Shown here in pieces: positions 38,351 to 47,121 of a stretch of DNA of 64,000 nucleotides; position 1 is the stretch's first letter, and every line of letters begins with the position of its first letter. The notes beneath the pieces are model-generated. The model was not told the origin of the DNA. It made no database searches and was given only the letters and a program-made list of their open reading frames with translations. Source of the DNA: a virus (lineage: Duplodnaviria > Caudoviricetes). The position numbers were made by a program, and so were the translations under genes. Location: IMG/VR virus record IMGVR_UViG_3300027852_000032, positions 72,910-136,909 of that record. The stretch is one strand, 5' to 3'.

Positions 38351-39370
38351 TTAAGAAGACAAACAAAGGGCATGTTCAAAACCTTTCCCTGTAAAAAGCA
38401 AGCGATCCCCTATAACCATAGATGTAGATTTACCCAATACCTCAACCAAAAATCCAGGGTGGGCTCTCACATCGATACCTTTACCTTTGTAATTGACTTT
38501 GATCTCATCGGAAACAGAACCATGTTTCCCTTTCCCTGTACATACAATTTTCCCTTCCCCAATTTTTAAATCAACCACCCGATCCAAATCAAAATCAGCT
38601 ATTACCAAAGAAGAAACTCTGTCGACCATCTCTCCAAAAGAAGAGGGAAGCTTTATTTTTTTTCCTTTCACAACAAAAAAATCATCTATAGCGGAGGGGT
38701 AAGGTTTCCCAGAGTAAGTTCTGCAAGAAAAAAAGGTTTTATCTTTATTAGAAAAATGTAACCATCCATCTGCACTTATAGCGACTTTACAAATATCATA
38801 CCCTTTTAACTCTTTGGCGGAAATAGCAGGGAGTAAAAAAGAACCATCAAAAGAAGCTTTCATTTTCTGCTTTGTGGCTCTATAAGAATCGGAGGAAAAA
38901 ACATATTTCCCGGAAATATTTAAGCAAGATAATTCGGGTATATTCATATTTTTAGAAACGGAAAAAAGCCCTAATTCAATAGCGGTATTAAAATCAGAGG
39001 GAAGGTCTTTCCAGTCAGAAGACTTATCTGCCGGCCTTTTAATTTTTACAATTTTAATCTCTTTATCAATTTTTATGGAGGCTTTTAATGTCTCTCCCGT
39101 AATAACAAAAGCATCGTCCGTCTGGTTAATTCCAATTTCTTTATCAACCATTTTCTTTATCAAGTTATAAAACTCTGAAGCTTTCACAGCGCCCATGAGA
39201 CCTGTTTTGATTTCCTGAAAAATTGCGATGTCGTCGTTATAAGTTCTTATTGAGTTCTTTTCAAAAATAAAATGAGTAGACTGTTCAATAATTTCATCAT
39301 TACTTAATCCCGGTTTCACTTTATCTAAAACAGAAAGTAATTCGTCTCTCAATATGATCTTTTTTGGCAT
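38351..39370 (-). CDS. dnaN: Sliding clamp (DNA polymerase III beta-like)
   Basis: 339 aa; SSDSYR, YP motif, position next to dnaE and dnaX. Confidence 0.8.
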   Translation of the reverse strand: MPKKIILRDELLSVLDKVKPGLSNDEIIEQSTHFIFEKNSIRTYNDDIAIFQEIKTGLMGAVKASEFYNLIKKMVDKEIGINQTDDAFVITGETLKASIKIDKEIKIVKIKRPADKSSDWKDLPSDFNTAIELGLFSVSKNMNIPELSCLNISGKYVFSSDSYRATKQKMKASFDGSFLLPAISAKELKGYDICKVAISADGWLHFSNKDKTFFSCRTYSGKPYPSAIDDFFVVKGKKIKLPSSFGEMVDRVSSLVIADFDLDRVVDLKIGEGKIVCTGKGKHGSVSDEIKVNYKGKGIDVRAHPGFLVEVLGKSTSMVIGDRLLFTGKGFEHALCLSS

Positions 39371-39371
39371 T

Positions 39372-40394
39372 TTACTTTTCCTTTTTCAATAATTGTAAAT
39401 AATGATCCCATGCGTCTTTTTGTGTTCCTTTTTTCAAAACATAATAATACGAAAACAGAAAAAGAACTTTTTTTGGATTTGCTCTTAATATAGCTTTTTC
39501 AACAAAAGGAAGCGTGTGTCTACATACAGTCGCGAAAGCTATGTTATTTTTAACTTCCTTTTGAAGTTGAAGAAAATAAAAAATATTCCACGCCGCCCTT
39601 TCTTTATAGCTTTTTCTCATCTCCTCAAAATCAAATCCGTAATCAGTGATGATTTGTTCTATCATTTTTTTCCATTCAAAAGGGCGCGCATCGAACAACC
39701 TTTTGTTTTTGCCTTCCTCTTGAGGTATGTCGAAAAAAGATAAGGTTTTTCGAGAATCTTCGATCTTCTTTCGAGAAGAAATATTAATGACTAAAGGGGT
39801 CGATTTCCAAACAAACTTTTTACTTTTGATAGCTCCAGGAACATAAATACCCCCGTACGCCGTTGATTGCCTCCATGACCCGCTATCAACACTCTCCCAA
39901 GGGAAATTATTCATCAGCCTAAAAGACGTCGCTGCGTACCCATGGAACTTAACAAGGGGTTTTCCTTTAGAGTCACAAAGGATCTTCATACACCTCTTTA
40001 GCCATTCCGCTCTGACTGGGGTGATTTTATCATTTGCAGGAGAAATTCCTATAAACTTGGGTCCAAAATCCTTCAATTTTTGCAACCATTTGAAATCCTC
40101 TCCTTGATGGAAAATGTGCATCAGTTTATCTTTTGAAACTTTTTTTTTCAACATGTATTGATAGTTATCCCACCCTTTTTCAGCTGACCCCTCAATATCA
40201 TCTTTCGTCAAAACTTTCTGCCCAAATACTCCGGGGATAACGTCTAAATTAGCAATATGAGATAACTGCCCTTGGTGTTCTTTTGCAAAATCAATATAAG
40301 AGTCTATGTCAATTTCCACCCGCTTTGTCCAGGCTGTAAAAGCCCCCGAATCCAACATTAGTTCAACCTTACTTTTTGAAGGTGCTCGTGACAT
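39372..40394 (-). CDS. dpdA: DNA 7-deazaguanine transglycosylase (DpdA, TGT-like fold)
   Basis: LMLDSGAFT, ANLDVI, IFHQGE, KFHGYA, PWESVDSGSW; adjacent to que genes. Confidence 0.8.
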   Translation of the reverse strand: MSRAPSKSKVELMLDSGAFTAWTKRVEIDIDSYIDFAKEHQGQLSHIANLDVIPGVFGQKVLTKDDIEGSAEKGWDNYQYMLKKKVSKDKLMHIFHQGEDFKWLQKLKDFGPKFIGISPANDKITPVRAEWLKRCMKILCDSKGKPLVKFHGYAATSFRLMNNFPWESVDSGSWRQSTAYGGIYVPGAIKSKKFVWKSTPLVINISSRKKIEDSRKTLSFFDIPQEEGKNKRLFDARPFEWKKMIEQIITDYGFDFEEMRKSYKERAAWNIFYFLQLQKEVKNNIAFATVCRHTLPFVEKAILRANPKKVLFLFSYYYVLKKGTQKDAWDHYLQLLKKEK

Positions 40395-40773
40395 TTATTT
40401 TCACCCCTCCTCTCGCATTAAATTCACCCGTGACAGTTAATTCGATAGGGGAGCAAAGACGGACAAGATCATCCCTTATCAAGTTAACGATAGTCTCCAT
40501 AAAACCTTGATAATTTCTATAAGCGAAAAAGTACAATTTGAGGCTCTTTGACTCTATACAAAGTTTATCAGGTACATAATCAATTTTTATTGTCGCGAAA
40601 TCAGGTTGCCCGGTTTTAGGACAACAACTGGTAAACTCCGGGAAAATAAGATTGACTTCATACCCATAACCTGTATACCTGTTTTCAAACGCCTCAAGAA
40701 TCCCTTCCGGCTTTTCATATTCGTATTCAGTTCTTTCTGATCCTAAATGTTTTAGCTCTTGGCCTTCTTTCAT
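40369..40773 (-). CDS. queF: NADPH-dependent preQ0 reductase
   Basis: PEFTSCCPKTGQPDFA, QueF motif ESKSLKLY, FNARGG. Confidence 0.93.
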   Translation of the reverse strand: MKEGQELKHLGSERTEYEYEKPEGILEAFENRYTGYGYEVNLIFPEFTSCCPKTGQPDFATIKIDYVPDKLCIESKSLKLYFFAYRNYQGFMETIVNLIRDDLVRLCSPIELTVTGEFNARGGVKINVTSTFKK

Positions 40774-41681
40774 TTTTTCATCCTCGCTATGAATTCATCT
40801 TTACACCCATCTTTATTCTCTGAGAAATACCCTGTAGCCGATATGACTTCAAAAGGACTATTGAACTTTTTTACTCCCCTCATTTCTTTGCACAAATGCC
40901 TTGCACTCATGACTAATATCATTCCTTTTGAGTTGATCTTTTCGTCCAGGTGATTGACAATATCAAAAACAAGTCTTTCTGCTATTTGCAATCTTGCTGA
41001 AAAGTAATCAACTACCCTTGCAATTTTACTGGCTCCAATTAACAAGTCAGAGGGAATATACCCGAAGCTATACTCACCAAAAAAGGGTAACATATGGTGC
41101 TCACAATATGAAAAGAAATACCCCTCATCCCTCAACATCGTGTCGTACTTGACTCCATCTGAACCATCGTTCGCGAAAACAGTCACTTTTGGAAGACAAG
41201 CAGGGTTATATCCCTTAAAGGTTTCTTTCCACATTTTAGTGACCCTTTTCGGGGTATCTTTTAATCCCGGGCGATTAGGGTTTTCCCCAATTACCTGGAT
41301 CATTCTGGTCACAGCATCCTCGGCCGGATTTTCTTTTGATTCTTTTTCCCAAAAAAACTCAACCCATCCATGCGCCATCTGGGCAAAAATAAACGGGTGC
41401 AAAACCAACTCGTTTTTTTTATACAAACAAGCAAAATCATTATTGGGGTATCTTTCTCTTGTTTCTCCCGAATCAACTATATCGTCAACAACCAATGTAT
41501 TTTTTGTAACATCTTTAGCACTGACTAAAGGTTTTTTTAACAAAGCCGATAATGCTAAAGCGACATAGACGCCCCCCCGAGGAACACCATATATATTTGA
41601 GTATCTTAAATTTGCCGCTGAAATATTACTTGCCAAACAACCAACAAGATAATTGAATTTTTCCAGATTACAAACCTCCAT
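40770..41681 (-). CDS. folE: Fusion: type I phosphoribosyltransferase (N-terminal) plus GTP cyclohydrolase I (C-terminal)
   Basis: IYGVPRGG and PRPP-binding LVVDDIVDSGET; then GENPNRPGLKDTPKRV, SYCEHHMLPFFG, GASKIARVV, LQIAERL, HLCKEMRG. Confidence 0.9.
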   Translation of the reverse strand: MEVCNLEKFNYLVGCLASNISAANLRYSNIYGVPRGGVYVALALSALLKKPLVSAKDVTKNTLVVDDIVDSGETRERYPNNDFACLYKKNELVLHPFIFAQMAHGWVEFFWEKESKENPAEDAVTRMIQVIGENPNRPGLKDTPKRVTKMWKETFKGYNPACLPKVTVFANDGSDGVKYDTMLRDEGYFFSYCEHHMLPFFGEYSFGYIPSDLLIGASKIARVVDYFSARLQIAERLVFDIVNHLDEKINSKGMILVMSARHLCKEMRGVKKFNSPFEVISATGYFSENKDGCKDEFIARMKK

Positions 41682-42375
41682 TATTTTTTACCCCCTCAAA
41701 ATATAATCTTCGAACCAATGGGTCTTGTACCCCTGCTCTTGAAAAACCATCTTCCCTTAATTTGCAAGCAGGGCACTTGCCACATGGGGGAACTTGCCCT
41801 TCGTAACAAGTATGACTATAAGCCAAAGCATCCATGCACCCAGGCAAAGATTTTGCCATTTCAACCGCTTCTTTTTTATCTTTATTCATTAATGGGGTAT
41901 GAATACAAAAGCCATTTCTCGAAGAACCAAAACCTCTATTCAACGTCTGTTGCAAAGAGGTAATTGATTCTTGTCTGCAATCAGGGTACCCAGAAGAATC
42001 AGTCTGACAAACGCCCGTCACAATACTTGATATTTGATGCTTATAAGCAAGGGCTGCGGCAATTGTTAAGAAAATAATGTTTCTCCCGGGAACAAAAGAT
42101 GCAGGTAAATCTTTATCTATTACATGAGGATCCGAGACCTCCCCGCCATCAACCAAAGCCGAATTGCCAACTTTTCGGAATAGATCTGTCTCAAAAAACC
42201 GATAAGGGACATTCGCCAGTTTCGCAATTTTTCTGGCGGACTCTATTTCTATCGCATGCCTTTGGCTGTAATAAATATTAAGAGCAAGAACTTTCCCGAA
42301 TATTCTTTTCGCCCAGAACAAACACGTCGTTGAATCTTGTCCACCAGATAAAAGAACAATTGCTTTTATACTCAT
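41668..42375 (-). CDS. queC: 7-cyano-7-deazaguanine synthase
   Basis: LLSGGQDSTTCL, QRH..E, VPGRN, GYPDCR, TCY...CGKCPAC.LR. Confidence 0.96.
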   Translation of the reverse strand: MSIKAIVLLSGGQDSTTCLFWAKRIFGKVLALNIYYSQRHAIEIESARKIAKLANVPYRFFETDLFRKVGNSALVDGGEVSDPHVIDKDLPASFVPGRNIIFLTIAAALAYKHQISSIVTGVCQTDSSGYPDCRQESITSLQQTLNRGFGSSRNGFCIHTPLMNKDKKEAVEMAKSLPGCMDALAYSHTCYEGQVPPCGKCPACKLREDGFSRAGVQDPLVRRLYFEGVKNNGGL

Positions 42376-42383
42376 TTTAACTC

Positions 42384-42941
42384 CTATTTACTTTCGCGAG
42401 GTTTTACTAATCTTCCAACTTCCTCCAAACACCGAACCACCTTTTTTACATCAGACAATAATGTCAAGATAGTGCTATCGGTACAGGTCAAGCCGTCTTC
42501 ATCCAAATGCTTACGAATTTGATCTTTTGTAATTTTGTCGTTCGCGCAAATCAACTTACAAATTTTCGCTGTTACAGACACCTTTTTTTTGGGTTTGGAT
42601 TTAGCGGCTGGGGTATTATTAGGATCAGGATCAGGGTCGGTATCAGGATCAGGATCAGGGTCAGTATCAGGATCAGAATCAGGATCAGGGTCGGAATCAG
42701 GGTCGGGATCAGGGGCGGGATCGGTATCAGGGGCTGGGGGAATATCAGCTCCAAGGCCAATCAAAACAGACCTCGTCTCATCAGAAAGATAATCTCCTTC
42801 TTGAAGGGATTTGGCGGCTTCCAAAATATCTTTTCGAAGAGAAGCAACAGAAATTTTTCTCCCTGTTTTTATAGATTCTTCAAAAAAATCACTTATTTCT
42901 TTTGCAGCTTCTTCTAATTGTTTTTTTGTAGCTCTTCTCAT
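42384..42941 (-). CDS. Hypothetical two-domain protein with Pro-Asp repeat linker
   Basis: 185 aa; (PD/TD/SD)n linker; C-terminal helical, possibly wHTH, domain. Confidence 0.7.
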   Translation of the reverse strand: MRRATKKQLEEAAKEISDFFEESIKTGRKISVASLRKDILEAAKSLQEGDYLSDETRSVLIGLGADIPPAPDTDPAPDPDPDSDPDPDSDPDTDPDPDPDTDPDPDPNNTPAAKSKPKKKVSVTAKICKLICANDKITKDQIRKHLDEDGLTCTDSTILTLLSDVKKVVRCLEEVGRLVKPRESK

Positions 42942-42946
42942 TGTTT

Positions 42947-43146
42947 CCCTCTTATATATTTATTTATTTTTAAGCCCCCAGTAAAGGGGGCGACAATAAT
43001 TATATTCTATCTTATTCGTGTTTTATTATATTCTATCTTATTTGCGTTTTATTATATTTTGGCGATGTCTCAGTATCTCATTTTATCCCCCTCTTATATA
43101 TTTATTTATTTTTAAGCCCCCAGTAAAGGGGGCGACAATAATTATA
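42947..43146. repeat. 58-bp perfect direct repeat (42947-43004; 43089-43146) with GCCCCC-N6-GGGGGC hairpin and RBS
   Basis: Identical CCCTCTTATATATTTATTTATTTTTAAGCCCCCAGTAAAGGGGGCGACAATAATTATA in both copies. Confidence 0.95.
43000..43081 (-). pseudogene. Miniature, internally deleted remnant of the adjacent DUF262-like gene
   Basis: Begins ATGAGATACTGAGACAT (gene: ATGAGATACTCAGACAT) and ends GAATAAGATAGAATATAA (gene: GAACAAGACAGAGTATAA). Confidence 0.7.
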
Positions 43147-43669
43147 CTCTGTCTTGTTCGTCTTCCAAAAGGTTTCTTACCTGTTGAATCTCAAGAGCAG
43201 AATGAACTCTCCCACCTTCATTTAACTCAATGTACCATTTCAAAACATCAGCTTTTTCTGGAAGATTATCGATAAACCATTTGAACCGACAAGTCTTGGG
43301 CATTTTCCCTTTTATTTCACTGTAATAAGCAAGACAAAAAACAGGAAACTCATCTGCAAGAAAATCCCTAACCGCTGTTACTCTTTGAAGACCATCAATA
43401 ATTTGATACTGCACTTCTTGATCACCTATCCGCCCTGAACGATTACAAGAAACTCTATCAGCGTCAAGACCACCTTGAAGTTTATACTCTACATATGCGA
43501 TACTTTCTGCCTTTGTCCAAGTATTCTCTTTCAAAAAATCACGGCTGAGGTCACCTTCAATGGAAGAGTCTTCTATTATAGTAGAAATATGTTTTTCAAG
43601 ATCTTCCCATTTAACATCACAAGAATGACGGCTGCTATTTTCAAATTTGTTTATGTCTGAGTATCTCAT
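43142..43669 (-). CDS. DUF262 / ParB-Srx-like domain protein
   Basis: WT..E, YQIIDGLQRVTA..F, WY..LN.GG. Confidence 0.75.
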   Translation of the reverse strand: MRYSDINKFENSSRHSCDVKWEDLEKHISTIIEDSSIEGDLSRDFLKENTWTKAESIAYVEYKLQGGLDADRVSCNRSGRIGDQEVQYQIIDGLQRVTAVRDFLADEFPVFCLAYYSEIKGKMPKTCRFKWFIDNLPEKADVLKWYIELNEGGRVHSALEIQQVRNLLEDEQDRV

Positions 43670-43724
43670 TTTATTTTCCCCTTTTGTTTAATTAATTAAT
43701 AATACCAACGTTTATCTTATAAAC

Positions 43725-43844
43725 AATATAAACAATATAAAGAATATAGTCAACCTCAGTTATAGCCGGTTATAGCCGGTTATGGATAACTATATACGAT
43801 TAGAAAGATAGAACCGTTTATTTCTTTAATTAACTAAAAAGTTC
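43725..43844 (-). promoter_or_regulatory. Sigma70-type promoter P1 with upstream 10-bp repeats and TAAAAAGTTC box
   Basis: TTGACT-N17-TATATT; GTTATAGCCG repeats 43759-43788; box at 43835. Confidence 0.8.
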
Positions 43845-43930
43845 ATTTAATTTAGTTTTTCTTTCTTTTTAGTTAACATTTTTACTATATTTACTATACA
43901 AAATCCCTTCTCTTCTTTTAGATATTCATT

Positions 43931-44611
43931 TTATAAAAGCAAATTATTTTTAATTTCATCTACCTTGATCAACTTATGAATTTGAATATTTAAAACAATA
44001 TCCTTACACCCATATTTAATCATCTCTTCGGCCAGCCACAAAGCGTTATTCTTTCCGCCATTCATCATGGGGCTTAAAGCGTAATTCGCTCTACAGGCAT
44101 CTTTCTTCAAAATATCAATAAAATTAATAGAGCTAATAAAATCACAACGATCAATTATTACAAATTTAATCCAGTCTTTTTCTGTTAACCGCCTATGATT
44201 TTCTAAACACATATAATCAGGATTCGCTAATTTATAATCAAGAACCCACCCCAAATCGCTTGATTCAATTTCTGGAAAGGGAAGGCTCCCATTTGTTTCT
44301 ACCGAAACAACATTTTTTTTATAAAGCAAAGCCTCAATTAACTCGGCCGTCTCTCTTTGCAATAAAGGCTCCCCTCCTGTAATCGTAACTTTTCCTTTAG
44401 GGATGAGGTCAACAATTTGGGAAACAGACATCTCTTTTTTATTGGTCAATTTTCTTGCCTGGGGCGTATCGCAATAAGTACAATTTAAATTACACCCTTG
44501 AAAACGAATAAAAGTTGTAAGAGCCCCTTGCCCCTTAAAGTTCACCTCTCCGTCAATACCCGTGAATATTTCATTTATATATAACATTATTTTGAAAGCC
44601 CCTTCACCCAT
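43931..44611 (-). CDS. queE: 7-carboxy-7-deazaguanine synthase (radical SAM)
   Basis: EIF..IDGE, FIRFQGCNLNCTYCDT, ITGGEPLLQ, VETNGS, IKFVI, QIHK. Confidence 0.93.
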   Translation of the reverse strand: MGEGAFKIMLYINEIFTGIDGEVNFKGQGALTTFIRFQGCNLNCTYCDTPQARKLTNKKEMSVSQIVDLIPKGKVTITGGEPLLQRETAELIEALLYKKNVVSVETNGSLPFPEIESSDLGWVLDYKLANPDYMCLENHRRLTEKDWIKFVIIDRCDFISSINFIDILKKDACRANYALSPMMNGGKNNALWLAEEMIKYGCKDIVLNIQIHKLIKVDEIKNNLLL

Positions 44612-45009
44612 GTTGCATAATTAAAAGATGTTTCCCAAACTCTTACTTTGACTACAAAAACATCATGAGGCAAAAGTTTTTGGATAGCTTCTGAAAAACA
44701 AAGGGATAATACTTCAGCCGTTGGATTATGAAAAAAAACATTTAGGCAGGAATGATCATATGTATCTATAATACTTCTCTTCACGATTTCTTTTAAATTG
44801 TTAAAATCTATTATCATTCCCGCTTCTGGCCCTGTAGTTTTTATTTCTCCAGTCACAGTCACCTCAAGTTTAAAATTATGGCCATGGTCATTTTTACATT
44901 TTCCTTCATGAGATGGGAGATAATGAGACGCTGCGAATTCAAAAATCTTAGTAACATTTACCATTTTTTTTACTTCCTTTTTAGTCTGAGTTTTCTTAAG
45001 TTTTTTCAA
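44587..45009 (-). CDS. queD: 6-carboxy-5,6,7,8-tetrahydropterin synthase
   Basis: FAASHYL, C.N.HGHN, GMIIDF, DHSCLN, NPTAE, VWET. Confidence 0.93.
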   Translation of the reverse strand: MKKLKKTQTKKEVKKMVNVTKIFEFAASHYLPSHEGKCKNDHGHNFKLEVTVTGEIKTTGPEAGMIIDFNNLKEIVKRSIIDTYDHSCLNVFFHNPTAEVLSLCFSEAIQKLLPHDVFVVKVRVWETSFNYATWVKGLSK

Positions 45010-45072
45010 GTATTTTTACTTACATTATATTATACAAAATCAATTTTCTTTTTTTAAGTATTTATCATTTTT

Positions 45073-45492
45073 CTAATATTTTCTTGAAACTCTATGAGCT
45101 TCGGGATTTCCCTGTACTTTGTCTCCATAGCGATTACCAATCCCAAACCCCCTTAAAATATCTTTATTTTCCAGAGATAAAAGAAGATCGTAATATTTTT
45201 CCACGAAAACAGATCTACTTTCAATACATGCTATTTTTTCTCTTTGCCGATTTATTGAATTTATTTCCCGTGTCAAGACAGCCCTTTCTGTCCCCTCTGC
45301 CCTCTCTCTTTTATTTTCGCAAAATTCCTCAACTATATCAAAAAAAGTCGCCATATTTTCCTGAAGGGTCACTAAAGGTGAATACCGAACATCCATCAAA
45401 AGAAGCAAGGTTTTTTTTAAATCCTTAGAAGAAAGAAAAAACAACTTTTGCTGATTGATAATTACCATTTCCCCTCTTTTTTCATTTTTCAT
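45073..45492 (-). CDS. Hypothetical protein
   Basis: 139 aa ORF abutting the helicase stop. Confidence 0.6.
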   Translation of the reverse strand: MKNEKRGEMVIINQQKLFFLSSKDLKKTLLLLMDVRYSPLVTLQENMATFFDIVEEFCENKRERAEGTERAVLTREINSINRQREKIACIESRSVFVEKYYDLLLSLENKDILRGFGIGNRYGDKVQGNPEAHRVSRKY

Positions 45493-45494
45493 TT

Positions 45495-46907
45495 TTATTG
45501 CTCCGCTATTCGGGAATCCAAATATGGTTTCCCTATTTTTAGTTGATGTAAGACCAACACTTGTTGAGTAAGATCAAAGTAATCGTCTCTTTGCTTTAAT
45601 ACCATCGCCCTCATTATTCCTTTTTTCTTATCCTCAGGGGACATATTAATCGCCATTCCTCCGTCACATAATTCAAGTTTAGCGATCGCCTCTGCCCAAT
45701 CACCTTGCTGAATAACTTTTCCCGTCCTCGCCGTATTAGACTGACTTGCGGTAAGCACTAAACAATTTTTTTCCTGCGCAAGCGACTTATGGGACTCCCA
45801 TATTTCCGACAATTGATGTCTTTTTTGCTGTCTGGGATCCTCCGCCTTAAATTTATCAGCGTAATCCGTCACGATGACATCAGGTATAAAATTATCATAA
45901 TGTTCCAAATTATACAAATAAGCTTTTACATCGCTCATTGTAGCTGATCGAGAAGGATAAGTAACGAGCCGAAAAGAGTTTCCCCGTACCAAGCCTGACC
46001 TCTTAATAGCCAGACTTTTCCGAATTGCTTCTCTGGGGGATAATGCTTTTCTGTCCTCTTTTTTATATTTTATTTCATCGTTTTTATCAAAATAAGGAAT
46101 CTCTAATTCTTCCCCCCATCTTTTTGTCGGCTTTCCATTAATCCAATGATGAATCCTTCTTGTCATTTGTTTTTCAGACATCTCCATTGATATAAAAACA
46201 ACATTAAATCCAGAAAATAACGCTCTCAATGCGGAAATCATTAGCCACCAACTTTTTCCCGTTCCCGAAGAACCTACAAAAGAAAAGAGCCATCCCCTTT
46301 CAAAAACACCAATAGTTTTTCCCAGCACCCCAGGCAAACTGAAAAGCCGATCACCTGCTTCATCGCTTAATGCAGATACAATTGTATCTTTGTCAAAAAC
46401 AGGATCAACTCCTCTCGTTTGAACCCTCGTCACCCTAGTGTACCCTTTTATTAACGCTTCAGCTTCCTCTATTCTATTTCCAATTAATGCCTTTCTTATT
46501 TCATCCGTCAGATTTCTAAGAGATAGCTCCCTAAAATAATTTTCCGCTTTATCTAATATGTATTCCGCATTAAACGTATTATTTTTCTCCCTTTCAACAT
46601 ACTCAGAAGACACATCTTCCAAAAAAGACTCGATCATATTTACTTCATCAGGATCAAGCAAGTCGTTTTTTTTAATCCTAAAAATATCTTCTATGTAATT
46701 GTTAGGGGCAACTTTATATTGCTGAAAATATTCCAAACACCATCTGGCTATGATTTGGGCAAAAGGTACTTTTAAACATTTTTCCTGATAAATTGGCTCG
46801 ATTCCTTTTAAGAATTCGGTGCTAATAATCATCCCTGTGACAATTTGCCTTTCGAACCTTGTATTCGTTGCTTTCTTTCTTCTGACTATCTCATTTATAG
46901 CTGCCAT
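45495..46907 (-). CDS. dnaB: Replicative DnaB-like helicase
   Basis: GSSGTGKSW, FISMEMS, VIVTDYAD, LTASQ, KQRD. Confidence 0.9.
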   Translation of the reverse strand: MAAINEIVRRKKATNTRFERQIVTGMIISTEFLKGIEPIYQEKCLKVPFAQIIARWCLEYFQQYKVAPNNYIEDIFRIKKNDLLDPDEVNMIESFLEDVSSEYVEREKNNTFNAEYILDKAENYFRELSLRNLTDEIRKALIGNRIEEAEALIKGYTRVTRVQTRGVDPVFDKDTIVSALSDEAGDRLFSLPGVLGKTIGVFERGWLFSFVGSSGTGKSWWLMISALRALFSGFNVVFISMEMSEKQMTRRIHHWINGKPTKRWGEELEIPYFDKNDEIKYKKEDRKALSPREAIRKSLAIKRSGLVRGNSFRLVTYPSRSATMSDVKAYLYNLEHYDNFIPDVIVTDYADKFKAEDPRQQKRHQLSEIWESHKSLAQEKNCLVLTASQSNTARTGKVIQQGDWAEAIAKLELCDGGMAINMSPEDKKKGIMRAMVLKQRDDYFDLTQQVLVLHQLKIGKPYLDSRIAEQ

Positions 46908-46940
46908 TTAGTCTCCATTGGAATCTCCCACCTAATAAGC

Positions 46941-47039
46941 AAATTAAATACTCACCTCGCTAAAGATCTACTATCAAAATGAAAGGATCTATAATAAATC
47001 AATGTCATCGTACCGCTTACCAAATTGAAGGGCTTTAAA
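46941..47039. repeat. Dispersed ~100-bp element, copy B
   Basis: Same orientation as A; GATC-N17-GATC and TCAATGTCATCGTAC. Confidence 0.9.
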
Positions 47040-47121
47040 CACCCCCTGAGCCCGTCAGCCTTGTTTTAACTATTTTTTGATTATATTGTACAGTTTTTTT
47101 CTTTTTTTTTGAAAAAATACT

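Noticed and set aside
39372-45009. tRNA queuosine biosynthesis as an auxiliary metabolic function
   Set aside because: No queA/queG/queH, no Zn-binding C-terminal motif of tRNA TGT, and linkage to the replisome favours DNA modification
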